This document shows, in pieces, positions 46,192 through 55,820 of a DNA stretch of 64,000 bases (the first letter of the stretch is position 1; each line of letters opens with the position of its first letter). Below the pieces are notes generated by a model. That model did no database searches and had not been told where the DNA came from. It worked only from the letters and a program-made list of their open reading frames with translations. Source of the stretch: Phycisphaerales bacterium (GTDB lineage: Bacteria > Planctomycetota > Phycisphaerae > Phycisphaerales > UBA1924). Position numbers and translations under genes: made by a program. The DNA lies in NCBI GenBank assembly GCA_023382935.1, contig JAHDXL010000005.1, forward strand, positions 53,717 to 117,716. The letters run 5' to 3'.

Positions 46192-47343
46192 GTGCAGGAG
46201 AGATTGAATCGCATTGCAGGGCTCGGTTTGCTCGCCGCGTGCGGGCTGGCCGTGTCGCACGCATCGGGCGGCACGCTGGTCACCCTCTACACGGAGAACT
46301 GGGAAGGTTTCACGCTCTATCCCAACATCGAAGAGGGCATCTTGACCGGCCCGGCACAGAACGTTGCGCAGGCCTTCTTCGGCGACGCCATCGACGCCAC
46401 ACCCTTCAACGGCACATGGACCGCCAACGGCTGGACGCAGACCTTCAGCCCAGCGGGCGTTGGGACGGCCGAATGGGAGGGCTGGTCTGTTGCCAATCGC
46501 GAGTTCTGGGTCAACTCCGCATTCCAGTTGCGTGAGGAGTTTACCAAGGCGCAGGGCGCCGTCGCCGTCGCGGACCCCGACGAGTGGGACGACTATGACC
46601 CCGTGCTCAGCGACCCCGAGTCGGCCGGCTTCTATGAAACCACGCTGACCAGCCCGATCATTCCGCTCGGCGGAACCACCGAAAACACCGTGGTCCTCAC
46701 GTTCGACTCGAGTTGGCGCCCAGAGGACAACCAGCAGGTCCGCCTCTCCGTCCGCTTCAACGGCGGTGGATGGCAGGAAATCCTATATTGGAACTCTTTC
46801 GAGGGCGATCCCAACTACCACCCGGATGCGACCAATGAAACGGTGAGCATCAACATCAACAACCCCGCCGGCGCCGCCGACATGCAACTCCGATGGGAGA
46901 TGTTCGAGGCCGGTAACGACTGGTGGTGGGCAATTGACAACATCGTTGTCGCTGGCGAGGGTGGTGACCCGGTCAATCCGCCGACCCCCTTCAACCTGAC
47001 CGCTGATACATTCAACCCCAACACCACGCCCACCATCTCCTGGACTCAGTCGATCAACGCCACGGGCTACGAGGTGCAGTTCGCCAACGATTCGGCCTAC
47101 GCCGACCTCGATCTGGCCGTGCTGCTCGACGCCGACACGCGGACCTACACCCCAGATGCCGGCATCCTCAATCCGGGTGTCTACTACGTCCGCGTCATCG
47201 CGCGGAACACCGTCGGCACCGCCCAAGCCGCCAAGATCATCGGCCTCGACGCTTCCTGCCAGGCCGACCTCAACGCCGACGGTGTCAAGAACTTCTTCGA
47301 CGTGCAGCGCTTTCTCGGGCAGTTCTCCCGCGGCTGCGACTAA
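46192..47343 (+). CDS. Secreted protein, paralogue A, with one C-terminal Cys-terminated dockerin-like repeat
   Basis: Signal peptide (LGLLAACGLAVSHA). Motifs EWEGWSVA, ADPDEWDDYD and NDWWWAIDNIVV. Fn3-like segment. C-terminus CQADLNADGVKNFFDVQRFLGQFSRGCD. GTG 46192 follows AGGAG. Confidence 0.75.
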   Translation: MQERLNRIAGLGLLAACGLAVSHASGGTLVTLYTENWEGFTLYPNIEEGILTGPAQNVAQAFFGDAIDATPFNGTWTANGWTQTFSPAGVGTAEWEGWSVANREFWVNSAFQLREEFTKAQGAVAVADPDEWDDYDPVLSDPESAGFYETTLTSPIIPLGGTTENTVVLTFDSSWRPEDNQQVRLSVRFNGGGWQEILYWNSFEGDPNYHPDATNETVSININNPAGAADMQLRWEMFEAGNDWWWAIDNIVVAGEGGDPVNPPTPFNLTADTFNPNTTPTISWTQSINATGYEVQFANDSAYADLDLAVLLDADTRTYTPDAGILNPGVYYVRVIARNTVGTAQAAKIIGLDASCQADLNADGVKNFFDVQRFLGQFSRGCD

Positions 47344-47410
47344 TACCAGGACCATGATCGCGTGAGCCGTTGTTTCGGCAGTGTCACAATTAACAACGGG
47401 CCGGCAACGC

Positions 47411-48604
47411 ATGGCGTGCATGGCCCCGGTCGAAAGACCACGAAAGGAACTGAGAATCAAGACTTCGAATCACATCAGCAGAATCGCCGTCGCTGGCGCC
47501 GCATTGTGCGCGCTGGCCGCCTCGGCCGCTGCACAGACCGAAAAGGTCTTCTTCGTCGAGGACTTCGAGAGCCTCCCCCTTGGACCCAACGTCGAAGAGG
47601 GCATCGTCACCGGAACCGGCGGCCCGCGCACCAACGTCTGGGCCGGGCCTGGCGTCTTCCCTCCTGGCTGGACTGCCACCTTCAGCCAGCCCGGCATCGG
47701 CGTCCTCGAGTGGCAGGGTTGGTCCGTCGCCAGCGGTGCTTGGTGGAACCTCACCTGCGGCGACCAGGATCGCAGCAACTTCACGGTCGACGCGGGGCAC
47801 CTCTCCTACGGCGCCTGCCTCATCGCAGACCCCGACGAATGGGACGACTACGACTCCAACGGCCTGAACCCCGACGGCGATGGGCGCCGCTTCAACGCCT
47901 CCATCACCACCGCTTCCTTCAGCCTCAGCGGCGCCGTGGCCGGCACCGCCGTTCTCCGCTACTTCTCCAGTTGGCGAGACGAAGACTCCATGACCGGGGT
48001 GGTCTCCGTCTCGTTCGATGGCGGGCCTTTCAACGTCCTCAAAACCTACTCCAGCGACCCCAACAGCCCCGACTTCGTCAACGACGCACCCAACGACGTC
48101 GTTGAATTTCCGCTCAACAATCCCGGCGGCGCCACCAGCGCCCAGATCCGCTTCGAACTCAACGACGCCATCAACAACTGGTGGTTCGCAGTCGACAGTA
48201 TCGTCGTCTTTGCCGAAAGCACCGGCCCCAACACTCTTCCGCCGGCTCCGTTCTTCTTCGATGTGCCGACTTTCAATCTGACCACCGCCGCTCCGATCAC
48301 CTGGCCGACGGTCGAAGGCGCCACATCCTACACCGTGCAACTCTCCAAGACCGCGGACTTTGACGCGATCGAGTATGCATTCCCCTTCAACTCCGCCGGC
48401 GCCAACCTCCCGCTTGGCGCCACGTTCCCCGGCATCTACTACGCCCGTGTCGTCGCCCACAACTCCGTGGGCTCGCGCATCTCGGAAAACACCATCCGCT
48501 TTGTCGTCGATCGCCCATGCCTCATTGACATGAACGAGGATGGCGTCACCAACTTCTTCGACGTCCAACGCTTTCTCGCACTCTTCTCGGCTCCGTGCAA
48601 CTGA
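47411..48604 (+). CDS. Secreted protein, paralogue B, with one C-terminal Cys-terminated dockerin-like repeat
   Basis: Signal peptide (IAVAGAALCALAASAAAQ). Same motif order as paralogue A (LEWQGWSVA, ADPDEWDDYD, NNWWFAVDSIVV). C-terminus CLIDMNEDGVTNFFDVQRFLALFSAPCN. Confidence 0.75.
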   Translation: MACMAPVERPRKELRIKTSNHISRIAVAGAALCALAASAAAQTEKVFFVEDFESLPLGPNVEEGIVTGTGGPRTNVWAGPGVFPPGWTATFSQPGIGVLEWQGWSVASGAWWNLTCGDQDRSNFTVDAGHLSYGACLIADPDEWDDYDSNGLNPDGDGRRFNASITTASFSLSGAVAGTAVLRYFSSWRDEDSMTGVVSVSFDGGPFNVLKTYSSDPNSPDFVNDAPNDVVEFPLNNPGGATSAQIRFELNDAINNWWFAVDSIVVFAESTGPNTLPPAPFFFDVPTFNLTTAAPITWPTVEGATSYTVQLSKTADFDAIEYAFPFNSAGANLPLGATFPGIYYARVVAHNSVGSRISENTIRFVVDRPCLIDMNEDGVTNFFDVQRFLALFSAPCN

Positions 48605-48744
48605 CTGGCTCCCGGCGCTCCTCGCGCCGGACTCCACAACTCTTCGCCGTCGACGCCAAACCGTTGGCGGCGATTTCCCACTCGCCCTGATCGAGAACGT
48701 CTCGACGGGGTGACCGCTTCCGTCTCCGACAGGAGTCTGACCTC

Positions 48745-49692
48745 ATGCTCTCCATCACGCAAGGATGCCACACCCGCCCCGCCTTCACCCTCATCGAACT
48801 CCTGGTCGTCATCGCCATCATCGCTCTGCTCATCGGCATTCTCCTGCCTGCTATGGGCAAGGCCCGCGGCACCGCCCGCACCGTCGTCTGCGCCTCCAAC
48901 CAGCGGCAGACCGATACTGCTCTGCAGACCTATCGCAACGAACATCAGGGCTGGGGCGGAGAACGCCTCAACGGCTCCAACCGCTTTGACCCCGACACTT
49001 CCACCGGCTACGGCGACTGGGGACGCCGACTGACCACCTCGCAGGAAGACCGTGTCGATGACCCATACTGGGGCATCTTCTACGACGACTACATCGGCGA
49101 TGCGCTCGATGTCTTCAACTGCCCCTCAGGCATGCTCATGGATCCTGATCCGGGTTGGCTGCCCGCCTGGGTCGGCTTCGACACCGGAAACATCCAGGAA
49201 TGGTCCAAGTGGCAGATGTGGGCCGCCAACGGCGTCTCTGGTCCGACCAACGATCTCTCCAGCGAAACCTGGAAGTGGGGCGCCTGGGGCGTCCAGACCA
49301 GGTACATCGTCAACCGCGGCGGCATTCGCATTCCCGATCGCAAGGTATTCCTTCGCCCGGCCTACCAGATCCCCTTCCTCTCCGAACTCATCGTCTTCCA
49401 GGACGGCTTCGAGCACATGATGGAGTCCGGAGGCTCCGATGCTCTCGACGGGCTCACCCAATATTCCGCAGGCGCCTGGTATGGCGGCGCGATGGCCAGT
49501 TACTGGCTCTGGGAGTACTTCCGCCACAACGGCATCTGCCAGGTCATCTTCGCCGACTCGCACCTCGGCTCCTTCAACTACAAGGACATGCGCGAGTTTG
49601 ACCCGGTCAACGGCCGCGCCCTCCAGCCCGACTGGCTCTACTTCTACACCGGAAATCCGGCTCATCGTCCCGACTTCAACCAGCAGCCCTGA
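48745..49692 (+). CDS. Prepilin-type N-terminal cleavage/methylation domain protein (DUF1559-like)
   Basis: N-terminus [30 protein letters not shown]-terminal [11 protein letters not shown] resembles the H-X9-DG-type tail of planctomycete DUF1559 proteins. AGGAG RBS. Confidence 0.8.
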   Translation: MLSITQGCHTRPAFTLIELLVVIAIIALLIGILLPAMGKARGTARTVVCASNQRQTDTALQTYRNEHQGWGGERLNGSNRFDPDTSTGYGDWGRRLTTSQEDRVDDPYWGIFYDDYIGDALDVFNCPSGMLMDPDPGWLPAWVGFDTGNIQEWSKWQMWAANGVSGPTNDLSSETWKWGAWGVQTRYIVNRGGIRIPDRKVFLRPAYQIPFLSELIVFQDGFEHMMESGGSDALDGLTQYSAGAWYGGAMASYWLWEYFRHNGICQVIFADSHLGSFNYKDMREFDPVNGRALQPDWLYFYTGNPAHRPDFNQQP

Positions 49693-49710
49693 TTGCATCG
49701 CAGAGAGCAC

Positions 49711-50037
49711 ATGGACAAGAGAACCGTCACCCTGCTCGCCGTCATCGTCGCCATCCTCCTCGGCGCGCTCCTCATTGTCCGCGCCAACTCGGGTGGGGCC
49801 TCAGGTGGGGCCAAGGCCCCCGATCGTGCCATGGTGGTCAGCCACATGGCCAACCTGCCGGTCGAGCAACTCAAGTTCACACGCGCCAAATGGGCTGCTC
49901 AACTCGACATGTATCGCCAGGCCGCAGGTGTGAAGAAGGAGACCATCGTCTCGGCCGAGCGCAACTTGGCTGAACTCGACAAGATCCTCGTGGAAAAGGG
50001 CGTCGACCCGTCCACCATCACGTCGCCCACCCCGTGA
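49711..50037 (+). CDS. Hypothetical membrane-anchored protein
   Basis: One N-terminal TM helix (VTLLAVIVAILLGALLIV). GC3-rich. Immediately downstream of the prepilin-like gene. No family recognised. Confidence 0.5.
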   Translation: MDKRTVTLLAVIVAILLGALLIVRANSGGASGGAKAPDRAMVVSHMANLPVEQLKFTRAKWAAQLDMYRQAAGVKKETIVSAERNLAELDKILVEKGVDPSTITSPTP

Positions 50038-50457
50038 CCAGCGCGGCTGGACTGGTTGCCATCTCGGCGCGCAAGCCCGGTTTCCAGGCGACCTGACATC
50101 ACGTCTCCGCGTCGATCATCTCTCCGAGCCGTTGCCGGCTTCTCGGCAGGCAACGCCGAGTCATGTGCCAGCAATTTCGGCCTTGCCAAATCGGTGCCCG
50201 AAAGCCCTCAGTTGCTCAGGCACGGACTTCCGAAGACGGATGTCGGTGGCACATGCGTCCGTGACGTCCCCGACGTCACTGGCGACGCCGCCATCGATGA
50301 ACCGGAGTGCTTCGTTGACGCCTGCCTCCCCGCGTGAAAAACCCACCCACAGGGCGGGGGTAGGCTCGCCGCAGGTCTGCACAAAACGCCGAAGCCCCGG
50401 CGTAGCCGAGGCTCCTTCCGCGTCGCGCGGGCGCCGGTGCGCCCATCCCGAGACAAG

Positions 50458-50532
50458 TGACCCCACGGGGATTCGAACCCCGGTTTTCAGGATGAGAACC
50501 TGACGTCCTGGACCTGGCTAGACGATGGGGCC
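50458..50532 (-). tRNA. tRNA-Glu (anticodon CUC)
   Basis: The reverse complement GGCCCCATCGTCTAGCCAGGTCCAGGACGTCAGGTTCTCATCCTGAAAACCGGGGTTCGAATCCCCGTGGGGTCA folds as a cloverleaf. Anticodon loop TTCTCAT. Confidence 0.9.
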
Positions 50533-50586
50533 TTCAGGACGAAACAACCGTTCAAGCGTATCCGGGCACGCTCGGCGGTCAACCGA

Positions 50587-50892
50587 TCAGGCGTACGACG
50601 TGGCCATCACGTTGCGGCGGAGTTGCGAAAGGGCGTACACAGCCGCCTCAGATTCGCTCTGTCCGACCACGGCGCCGCTCGAACTGCCGCCTCGCTCGCG
50701 CCACTCGGCGCGATAGCAGTCGAACAACTGGATGTGGCGCACTGAAAAATCGAAGCCCGCAGCCTCAAACTCATTGGTCACGCGCGAAGGCGTGGGAAAT
50801 GAGCGTCCGTCGCCGAGATGCACGCATCCGGTCGTGTCCAGTGACGACCATCCGGTCGCGTACAACTCCTCCACCGCAAATTCCAGTCCCAT
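50587..50892 (-). CDS. Hypothetical protein
   Basis: 101-aa ORF with plausible composition. No recognisable motif. Confidence 0.4.
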   Translation of the reverse strand: MGLEFAVEELYATGWSSLDTTGCVHLGDGRSFPTPSRVTNEFEAAGFDFSVRHIQLFDCYRAEWRERGGSSSGAVVGQSESEAAVYALSQLRRNVMATSYA

Positions 50893-51076
50893 GGCTCGCC
50901 CCTGTCTGCCCGTCCACCATCGACCCGTTGCCGACCGCCGGCGGCTCCCTCTCTCTCCGGCTGAGCGTCGTTACACCTATGGCGCTGACCGAACCTCACC
51001 CCTCACACAATGTATCGGATCGCCAGCCCGGGGTCCACTGCCGGGCGGAGGAGTCTACCCGGTTCCCGTTCCGAAT

Positions 51077-51862
51077 CTACCCCTGTTGTGGGGAAATAAC
51101 CGTCAGGACCAAGACATCGTACAGGGCGTGCGCCGCCACCACGATCCCAAAGCCCCGTAACAAGTAGACCGCGCCGAGATAGATCCCGGCAGCAGCGTAC
51201 AAGACAAACCAAGGAAGATGAAACCCTGTTCCGGGTATGAAATGGTAAAACGCAAAAGCGGCGGCCGAAACACCCACCGCCCCGATCGCCCCCGTCCGCT
51301 TGCTCAACCGGAAAATGTCCACCAGGACAAAGTCCACTGCCGCGATGACGACCATGCGGAACAGCAGTTCCTCGTACAGGCCGGCTCCAACGGAAATGGT
51401 CAACCGGGCGCCGAGCGGCCACGTCGAGACGTCACCGCCGTTGGATTGGGCGAGCACACCGGGCGTTAGGATCACCGCGATCATGAGCAGCGGAAAGGTC
51501 CAGACAGCCGACTCGGCGGCCATTCCGGCCAAGACGTCAAACCGGACTTTCCACGAGTCGCGTGACAGGAGGTGCCATAGAAACAGCACCGTCAGCATGG
51601 TCACAGCCGGCAGGTGCATCCCCAGCACCCCGAAACGCTCGAATGCCTCCTCGAAAAGTCGCTGGGCTCGAACCGTTTGCACGACCTGGCCCGATGGGTC
51701 GGCTAGGAAGTGCAGCGAGGCCGCCTCATAGGCGATGACGACCGGCAGAAGAAAACAGAAATTGGGCCACGGAAGGCGGGTCTGGGAAAAATAGCCAGCC
51801 GGCGCAGGGGCGCCGGTTTTTCTCGAAGCCGGAAGTTTGGATCGGGAGCGGCGACGGGACAT
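51077..51862 (-). CDS. CPBP-family intramembrane glutamic endopeptidase (CAAX protease/Abi-like)
   Basis: Multi-pass membrane protein with YEELLFR (EExxxR), FAFYHF (FxxxH) and AHALYD (HxxxD/N) motifs in order. Confidence 0.8.
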   Translation of the reverse strand: MSRRRSRSKLPASRKTGAPAPAGYFSQTRLPWPNFCFLLPVVIAYEAASLHFLADPSGQVVQTVRAQRLFEEAFERFGVLGMHLPAVTMLTVLFLWHLLSRDSWKVRFDVLAGMAAESAVWTFPLLMIAVILTPGVLAQSNGGDVSTWPLGARLTISVGAGLYEELLFRMVVIAAVDFVLVDIFRLSKRTGAIGAVGVSAAAFAFYHFIPGTGFHLPWFVLYAAAGIYLGAVYLLRGFGIVVAAHALYDVLVLTVISPQQG

Positions 51863-51895
51863 CGCGACGCGTCCCCCGGGGTCAGGCGTGCGGGC

Positions 51896-52165
51896 TCAGC
51901 CCTTGACCTTGTTCTTCAACTGGGCGTTGAGACGGCTCTTGCGACGCGAGGCCTGGTTGCGATGAATCACGCCCTTCTGGGCCGAGCGGTCGATGATGGC
52001 CGAGCACGACTTATAGGCTTCGGCGGCCTCGGCGGGCGTGCCGCTTGCCAGAGCGTTGTGGAAGCCCTTGACGGCCTCGCGCATGGTGCGAAGGCGCCAG
52101 CGATTACGGGCGCGTGCGGTGGCGTTCTGACGAACCCGCTTCTGTGCCGACTTCGAGTGAGCCAT
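51896..52165 (-). CDS. rpsT: 30S ribosomal protein S20
   Basis: 89 aa. Starts MAHSKSAQKRVRQNATARARNR and contains KGVIHRNQASRRKSRL. Confidence 0.93.
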   Translation of the reverse strand: MAHSKSAQKRVRQNATARARNRWRLRTMREAVKGFHNALASGTPAEAAEAYKSCSAIIDRSAQKGVIHRNQASRRKSRLNAQLKNKVKG

Positions 52166-52323
52166 CCCGGTTAATCCTCATCAGGCGCCCGACTTGGGCG
52201 CGGGAAGGGATCTTTGCCTCTCGGGGGCCCGAATCAAGCCCCTAGCGGGCGGAGGCTGCACGATTCCCTTTGGTCCGGCACTGGACGGGCTGCCCGACCG
52301 GGCTTACTGTTCCCCCGCGCCAC

Positions 52324-52397
52324 GCGGGCGTAGCTCAACTGGATAGAGCACCTGACTACGGATCAGGAGGTTGTGGGTTCGACTCCTACCGCCCGTG
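52324..52397 (+). tRNA. tRNA-Arg (anticodon ACG)
   Basis: GCGGGCGTAGCTCAACTGGATAGAGCACCTGACTACGGATCAGGAGGTTGTGGGTTCGACTCCTACCGCCCGTG folds as a cloverleaf with a G1-U72 wobble. Anticodon loop CTACGGA. Confidence 0.9.
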
Positions 52398-52404
52398 CTT
52401 GAAG

Positions 52405-52433
52405 ACGCCCCCGTCGGGGGCGTTTTGCTTTTT
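52405..52433 (+). terminator. Intrinsic terminator after tRNA-Arg
   Basis: ACGCCCC / GGGGCGT stem with a short loop, followed by TTTGCTTTTT. Confidence 0.7.
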
Positions 52434-52534
52434 CGGGACGCCGACTCCCCCTGCCTGGGACAAAACAACGACCTCCGAGCACCCTTGCGGATTCTCGGAG
52501 GCCGCGATGAAGTCTCAGGGCTGCTCTCCCCGGA

Positions 52535-54784
52535 TCACGGGCAGCCGGCCGAGAACTGGTTGAGGAACTCCTGCACATCGAAGAAGTTGAGCACCCCGTC
52601 GGCGACGAAGTCGGCCACCATCGAGCCACCACTGAAGGCGCTCAGGAAGGCCTGCACGTCAAAGAAGTTGAGCACTCCGTCGCCGTTGAGGTCGGCGCGG
52701 CAGGGCAGAGTGAACTCGTAGGGGCCGCGGTCGATCACGTTCGCGTAGCCGCTCGCTCCGACGCCGGAGATATCCACCACGCGGGTGCGCCCGGCCAAGT
52801 CGTAGGGCGCCTCTTCCCAGACGATGCCGTCGGCGTCGAGGTCGTAAGTGTCAGTGGGGGCGAAGGAGATCTCGCCCGAGTCGATGGCCGGTGAGCCGGC
52901 GGAGAGGCGGTAGTTGTCGTCGATCGTGCCCAGCACGTTGTCGGTGCCGTTGAAGTCGACGAAGAGCGGGTTGAGTTCATTGTTCTGGAACAACGCCGTG
53001 TTGAACGCAACTTCCATCTTCGAGCCATTCTGGACGCTGGCATGGGCGAAGGCGACGCTCGTCGGACCGTTGACCACGTCAATGGACGCCTGTCCCTCGA
53101 AGCCCGGCTCGGTCAGACTGGCCGAGTTGCCCCAGATGATCGAGTTGAGGACATATCCGTCGGCCCCGTCCCGCAACAGCACACCGGCCGAGTAGCCGGC
53201 CGCGCTGTTGTGCCCGATGGTGGTGTTGCTGAAGCGGACGTCGGCGTTCTCGCCTTCCGAATACACGGCCGCGGCGTTGAGCCCGTTGGAGTTCCCCGCG
53301 ATCAGGCAACTGCCAAACCGACTGTCCTGCCCGTTGAGAATGTGGATGGTGCTGGTCGAGCCCTGGTTGCCGAGAAAGCGGCACCCGAAGAACTCGGCGC
53401 CTGAGAATCGCAGATAGGCGGCCGCGCCCTTCTTAGAGGAGTTGGAGATGAAGTCGGTGTAGATGTAGGTGCTTCCGCCGCTGTAGTCGGCGACCGCTCC
53501 GCCCTTGCCCTCGCTGTTGCTGGCCAGCGTGTCGTTGTCCTCGAAGAGGCAGTTTTCGAAAGTCGTGCTGGCGTTGTAGAGGTAGATGGCTCCGCCTTCG
53601 CTGCCGGCCAGGTTGTTGCGGAAGATCACGTCGCGGAACACCGGTCCGTCATTGCCGAACGGATCGTTCGACTCCATCACCATCACCGCGGCGCCGCGAC
53701 CCTGGTACAGCGACACGCTGACACGCTCGTCGGCCGCGTGAGCAAAGGTCAGCCGGTCGGTGATGGTGCGGCTGGAGCACTTGTCGTAGTTGGCGAGTTT
53801 GTACGAGTTATCGCCCATGCCCGCGTTGCCGATCTCGCCGCTGATGATCGTCTGCGGAATCCCGGTGCGCTGGGCCGGGTGGGATTCGTTGCCTGAAAAC
53901 CCGCCGTACATGCTCATGCCGTCGATGATGTTGAGCCGCTCGAAGCGGGTGGGGTTCGAAGCCGAGGTTACCTTGTAGGTGCCGCCGGCGATCCACATGT
54001 CGAGGTCGACGGTGTTGTCCGTGGTCTCGGTTTCGTAGTAGTACGCGCCGTTGAGCAGTTGCATGGGCTCGATCACGCCCGCCATCGCGTTGGTCCAACT
54101 CGAGCCCGAGCGGTCGCCCGCGCCGTTCGGAGTGATGTGAATGGGCTTTCGGGTGCCATTGAGTTTGACCAGGCTGAAGCCCGCCACGTTCGCCTGCCCG
54201 CCGTTCAGCCTGGTGATCGCCATGCTCAGTTGCCCGTTGGCGGACACGTCGGCCAGCGAGAGGGTGTAGTTGGCGCCGGCCTTGAAGGTGTCGGGCGTCG
54301 AGCCTCCGGACAACTGCATCGATTGTCCCACGAATCCGCTGACATCAACCGCAGCGCCGATGCCCGAAGCGGTATTGGCAAAGTACACGTACACGAGGTA
54401 GCGTCCTTCGGTCAGGCCGTTGAACGTGTAGTGGTCGGTGTCATCCACGGTGTTGACCCGGAACCCATCGGTCATCAGGCGCCCGAAATCTCCGGTGTCC
54501 GAGTTGCCGGGCGGTACGACGACCGTGACGCCCGCCGGGCGGGTCAGCGTGACCGCAGTCATCACTCCGGCGGTGTTGACCAGCGTCGCGTCCGGCTGGG
54601 TGGTCGGCCAGATGACGTTCCACGAGCCGGCCTGGCCGCAGGCCGCAAAAGACGACGCGATCGCGCCGGATCCGGCGCCCGCCTGGGCTCCGAGGTCAAC
54701 GTTGAACGACTGACCGAAGACCGAGCCGACGGTGCACACGGTACCAGCAGTCGCAATGAGCGAAGTGATCGCGCAACGGGTCAT
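52535..54784 (-). CDS. Secreted right-handed beta-helix (pectate-lyase/Pmp-repeat-like) protein with two C-terminal Cys-terminated dockerin-like repeats
   Basis: Signal peptide MTRCAITSLIATAGTVCTVGSVFGQ. Repeated GGAIYLYNASTTFENCLFEDN-type beta-helix units. C-terminus CRADLNGDGVLNFFDVQAFLSAFSGG...DFVADGVLNFFDVQEFLNQFSAGCP. AAGGAG RBS 6 nt before ATG 54784. Confidence 0.8.
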   Translation of the reverse strand: MTRCAITSLIATAGTVCTVGSVFGQSFNVDLGAQAGAGSGAIASSFAACGQAGSWNVIWPTTQPDATLVNTAGVMTAVTLTRPAGVTVVVPPGNSDTGDFGRLMTDGFRVNTVDDTDHYTFNGLTEGRYLVYVYFANTASGIGAAVDVSGFVGQSMQLSGGSTPDTFKAGANYTLSLADVSANGQLSMAITRLNGGQANVAGFSLVKLNGTRKPIHITPNGAGDRSGSSWTNAMAGVIEPMQLLNGAYYYETETTDNTVDLDMWIAGGTYKVTSASNPTRFERLNIIDGMSMYGGFSGNESHPAQRTGIPQTIISGEIGNAGMGDNSYKLANYDKCSSRTITDRLTFAHAADERVSVSLYQGRGAAVMVMESNDPFGNDGPVFRDVIFRNNLAGSEGGAIYLYNASTTFENCLFEDNDTLASNSEGKGGAVADYSGGSTYIYTDFISNSSKKGAAAYLRFSGAEFFGCRFLGNQGSTSTIHILNGQDSRFGSCLIAGNSNGLNAAAVYSEGENADVRFSNTTIGHNSAAGYSAGVLLRDGADGYVLNSIIWGNSASLTEPGFEGQASIDVVNGPTSVAFAHASVQNGSKMEVAFNTALFQNNELNPLFVDFNGTDNVLGTIDDNYRLSAGSPAIDSGEISFAPTDTYDLDADGIVWEEAPYDLAGRTRVVDISGVGASGYANVIDRGPYEFTLPCRADLNGDGVLNFFDVQAFLSAFSGGSMVADFVADGVLNFFDVQEFLNQFSAGCP

Positions 54785-55045
54785 GGCAAACTCCTTCATC
54801 GGTGAGTTGAGTCCGGCACGAGGCCGCGAGGTTGGCGAGTGACGTGCCCACGCAGGCGTCACTCTCCCCCATCAACGCAATACCGCGGGAAGACCCTCAG
54901 GTGCACGAGCAGTTTTCCGGCAGCATATGGCCGGCTGCATCCGCAACCCCACCCTCCGAGACGCGGGTCGCTCGCGTTCGCGGTTCGTAGGCCACAAAAA
55001 GCAACAACGCCGCTCTCCTGCGGCGTCGTTGTTCTTCTGTGGTCA

Positions 55046-55687
55046 TCAGCGCCGACGACGCAGAACCACTCCGCCCAGTCCCAGCAGCGCCAGGCCCGAC
55101 GGCCCCGGCACCACAAACTGGAGGTGATCGACCTCAATCCCGCCTGACGAGTTGCGGATCCAGATCGAACTGATGCCACCCGCGTGGATCACGCCGTAGA
55201 ACCGGTCATCCCCCGTCGTTCCGGAGTACGACCCGTCCGCATGGTTGCCCACCAGCGTTCCGATTTCGTTGCCCTGCGCGTCGTAAGCGGTAAACGTAAT
55301 CGTTCCATCCCCATCCGTCCACACGATGCCCGCCTGCGTGGGCAGTTGCCCGAGCACGCCGGCATCGAAGAAGAACCGGATGCCCGTGGCCCCGTTGGGC
55401 GAGTGGAACGACCACCCGGCCGATCCGAACCCGTCGATGTTCCCGTCGTCCTCGTCCACGCTGTCGGTGATGCTGCTGGGTCCGAAGGGATTGCCCGCGC
55501 TGGCTGTCACGCCCGGAATGTTGAACACCCCGTCCTCGAAGTTCTCGAAGTACGACAGATTGCCTCCGAACAAGTCAAGCGGGGAGTCGCCCAGCCCCAG
55601 GTAGGGCGTGGGTCCGATCAGGTCGGCGCCAGCCAACTGCACCCCAAAGGCCGCCACCAGCGACCCGACGAACATGCGCCTCTGCAT
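55046..55687 (-). CDS. Secreted protein with C-terminal PEP-CTERM sorting signal
   Basis: Signal peptide MQRRMFVGSLVAAFGVQLAGA. C-terminus VPGPSGLALLGLGGVVLRRRR. GGAGGA RBS before ATG 55687. Confidence 0.8.
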   Translation of the reverse strand: MQRRMFVGSLVAAFGVQLAGADLIGPTPYLGLGDSPLDLFGGNLSYFENFEDGVFNIPGVTASAGNPFGPSSITDSVDEDDGNIDGFGSAGWSFHSPNGATGIRFFFDAGVLGQLPTQAGIVWTDGDGTITFTAYDAQGNEIGTLVGNHADGSYSGTTGDDRFYGVIHAGGISSIWIRNSSGGIEVDHLQFVVPGPSGLALLGLGGVVLRRRR

Positions 55688-55820
55688 ACAAACTCCTCCA
55701 ATCCGTTTCCCAGTGGACGCTTCGAGTATGCCCCATCGAGGGGAAAAGGCCACCGAATGCGGGAAATGAACGAGCGAGGATCAGTTTAAACTACCTGGTT
55801 AGGGTATTTTAAAGCGACTT

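Noticed and set aside
50161-50466. 101-aa ORF on the minus strand in the 420-bp gap upstream of tRNA-Glu(CUC), and other ORFs in 50038-50457.
   Set aside because: It overlaps the tRNA gene, has no RBS or motif, and competes with several equally long frames. The gap also shows no recognisable tmRNA, RNase P, SRP or 6S signature.
19799-50532. Two near-identical tRNA-Glu genes (19799-19873 and 50458-50532) as possible boundaries of an integrated island.
   Set aside because: There is no integrase, transposase or tRNA-fragment direct repeat. The interval is full of housekeeping genes (uvrA, uvrB, ppa, mgtE). The two genes are different isoacceptors (UUC and CUC).
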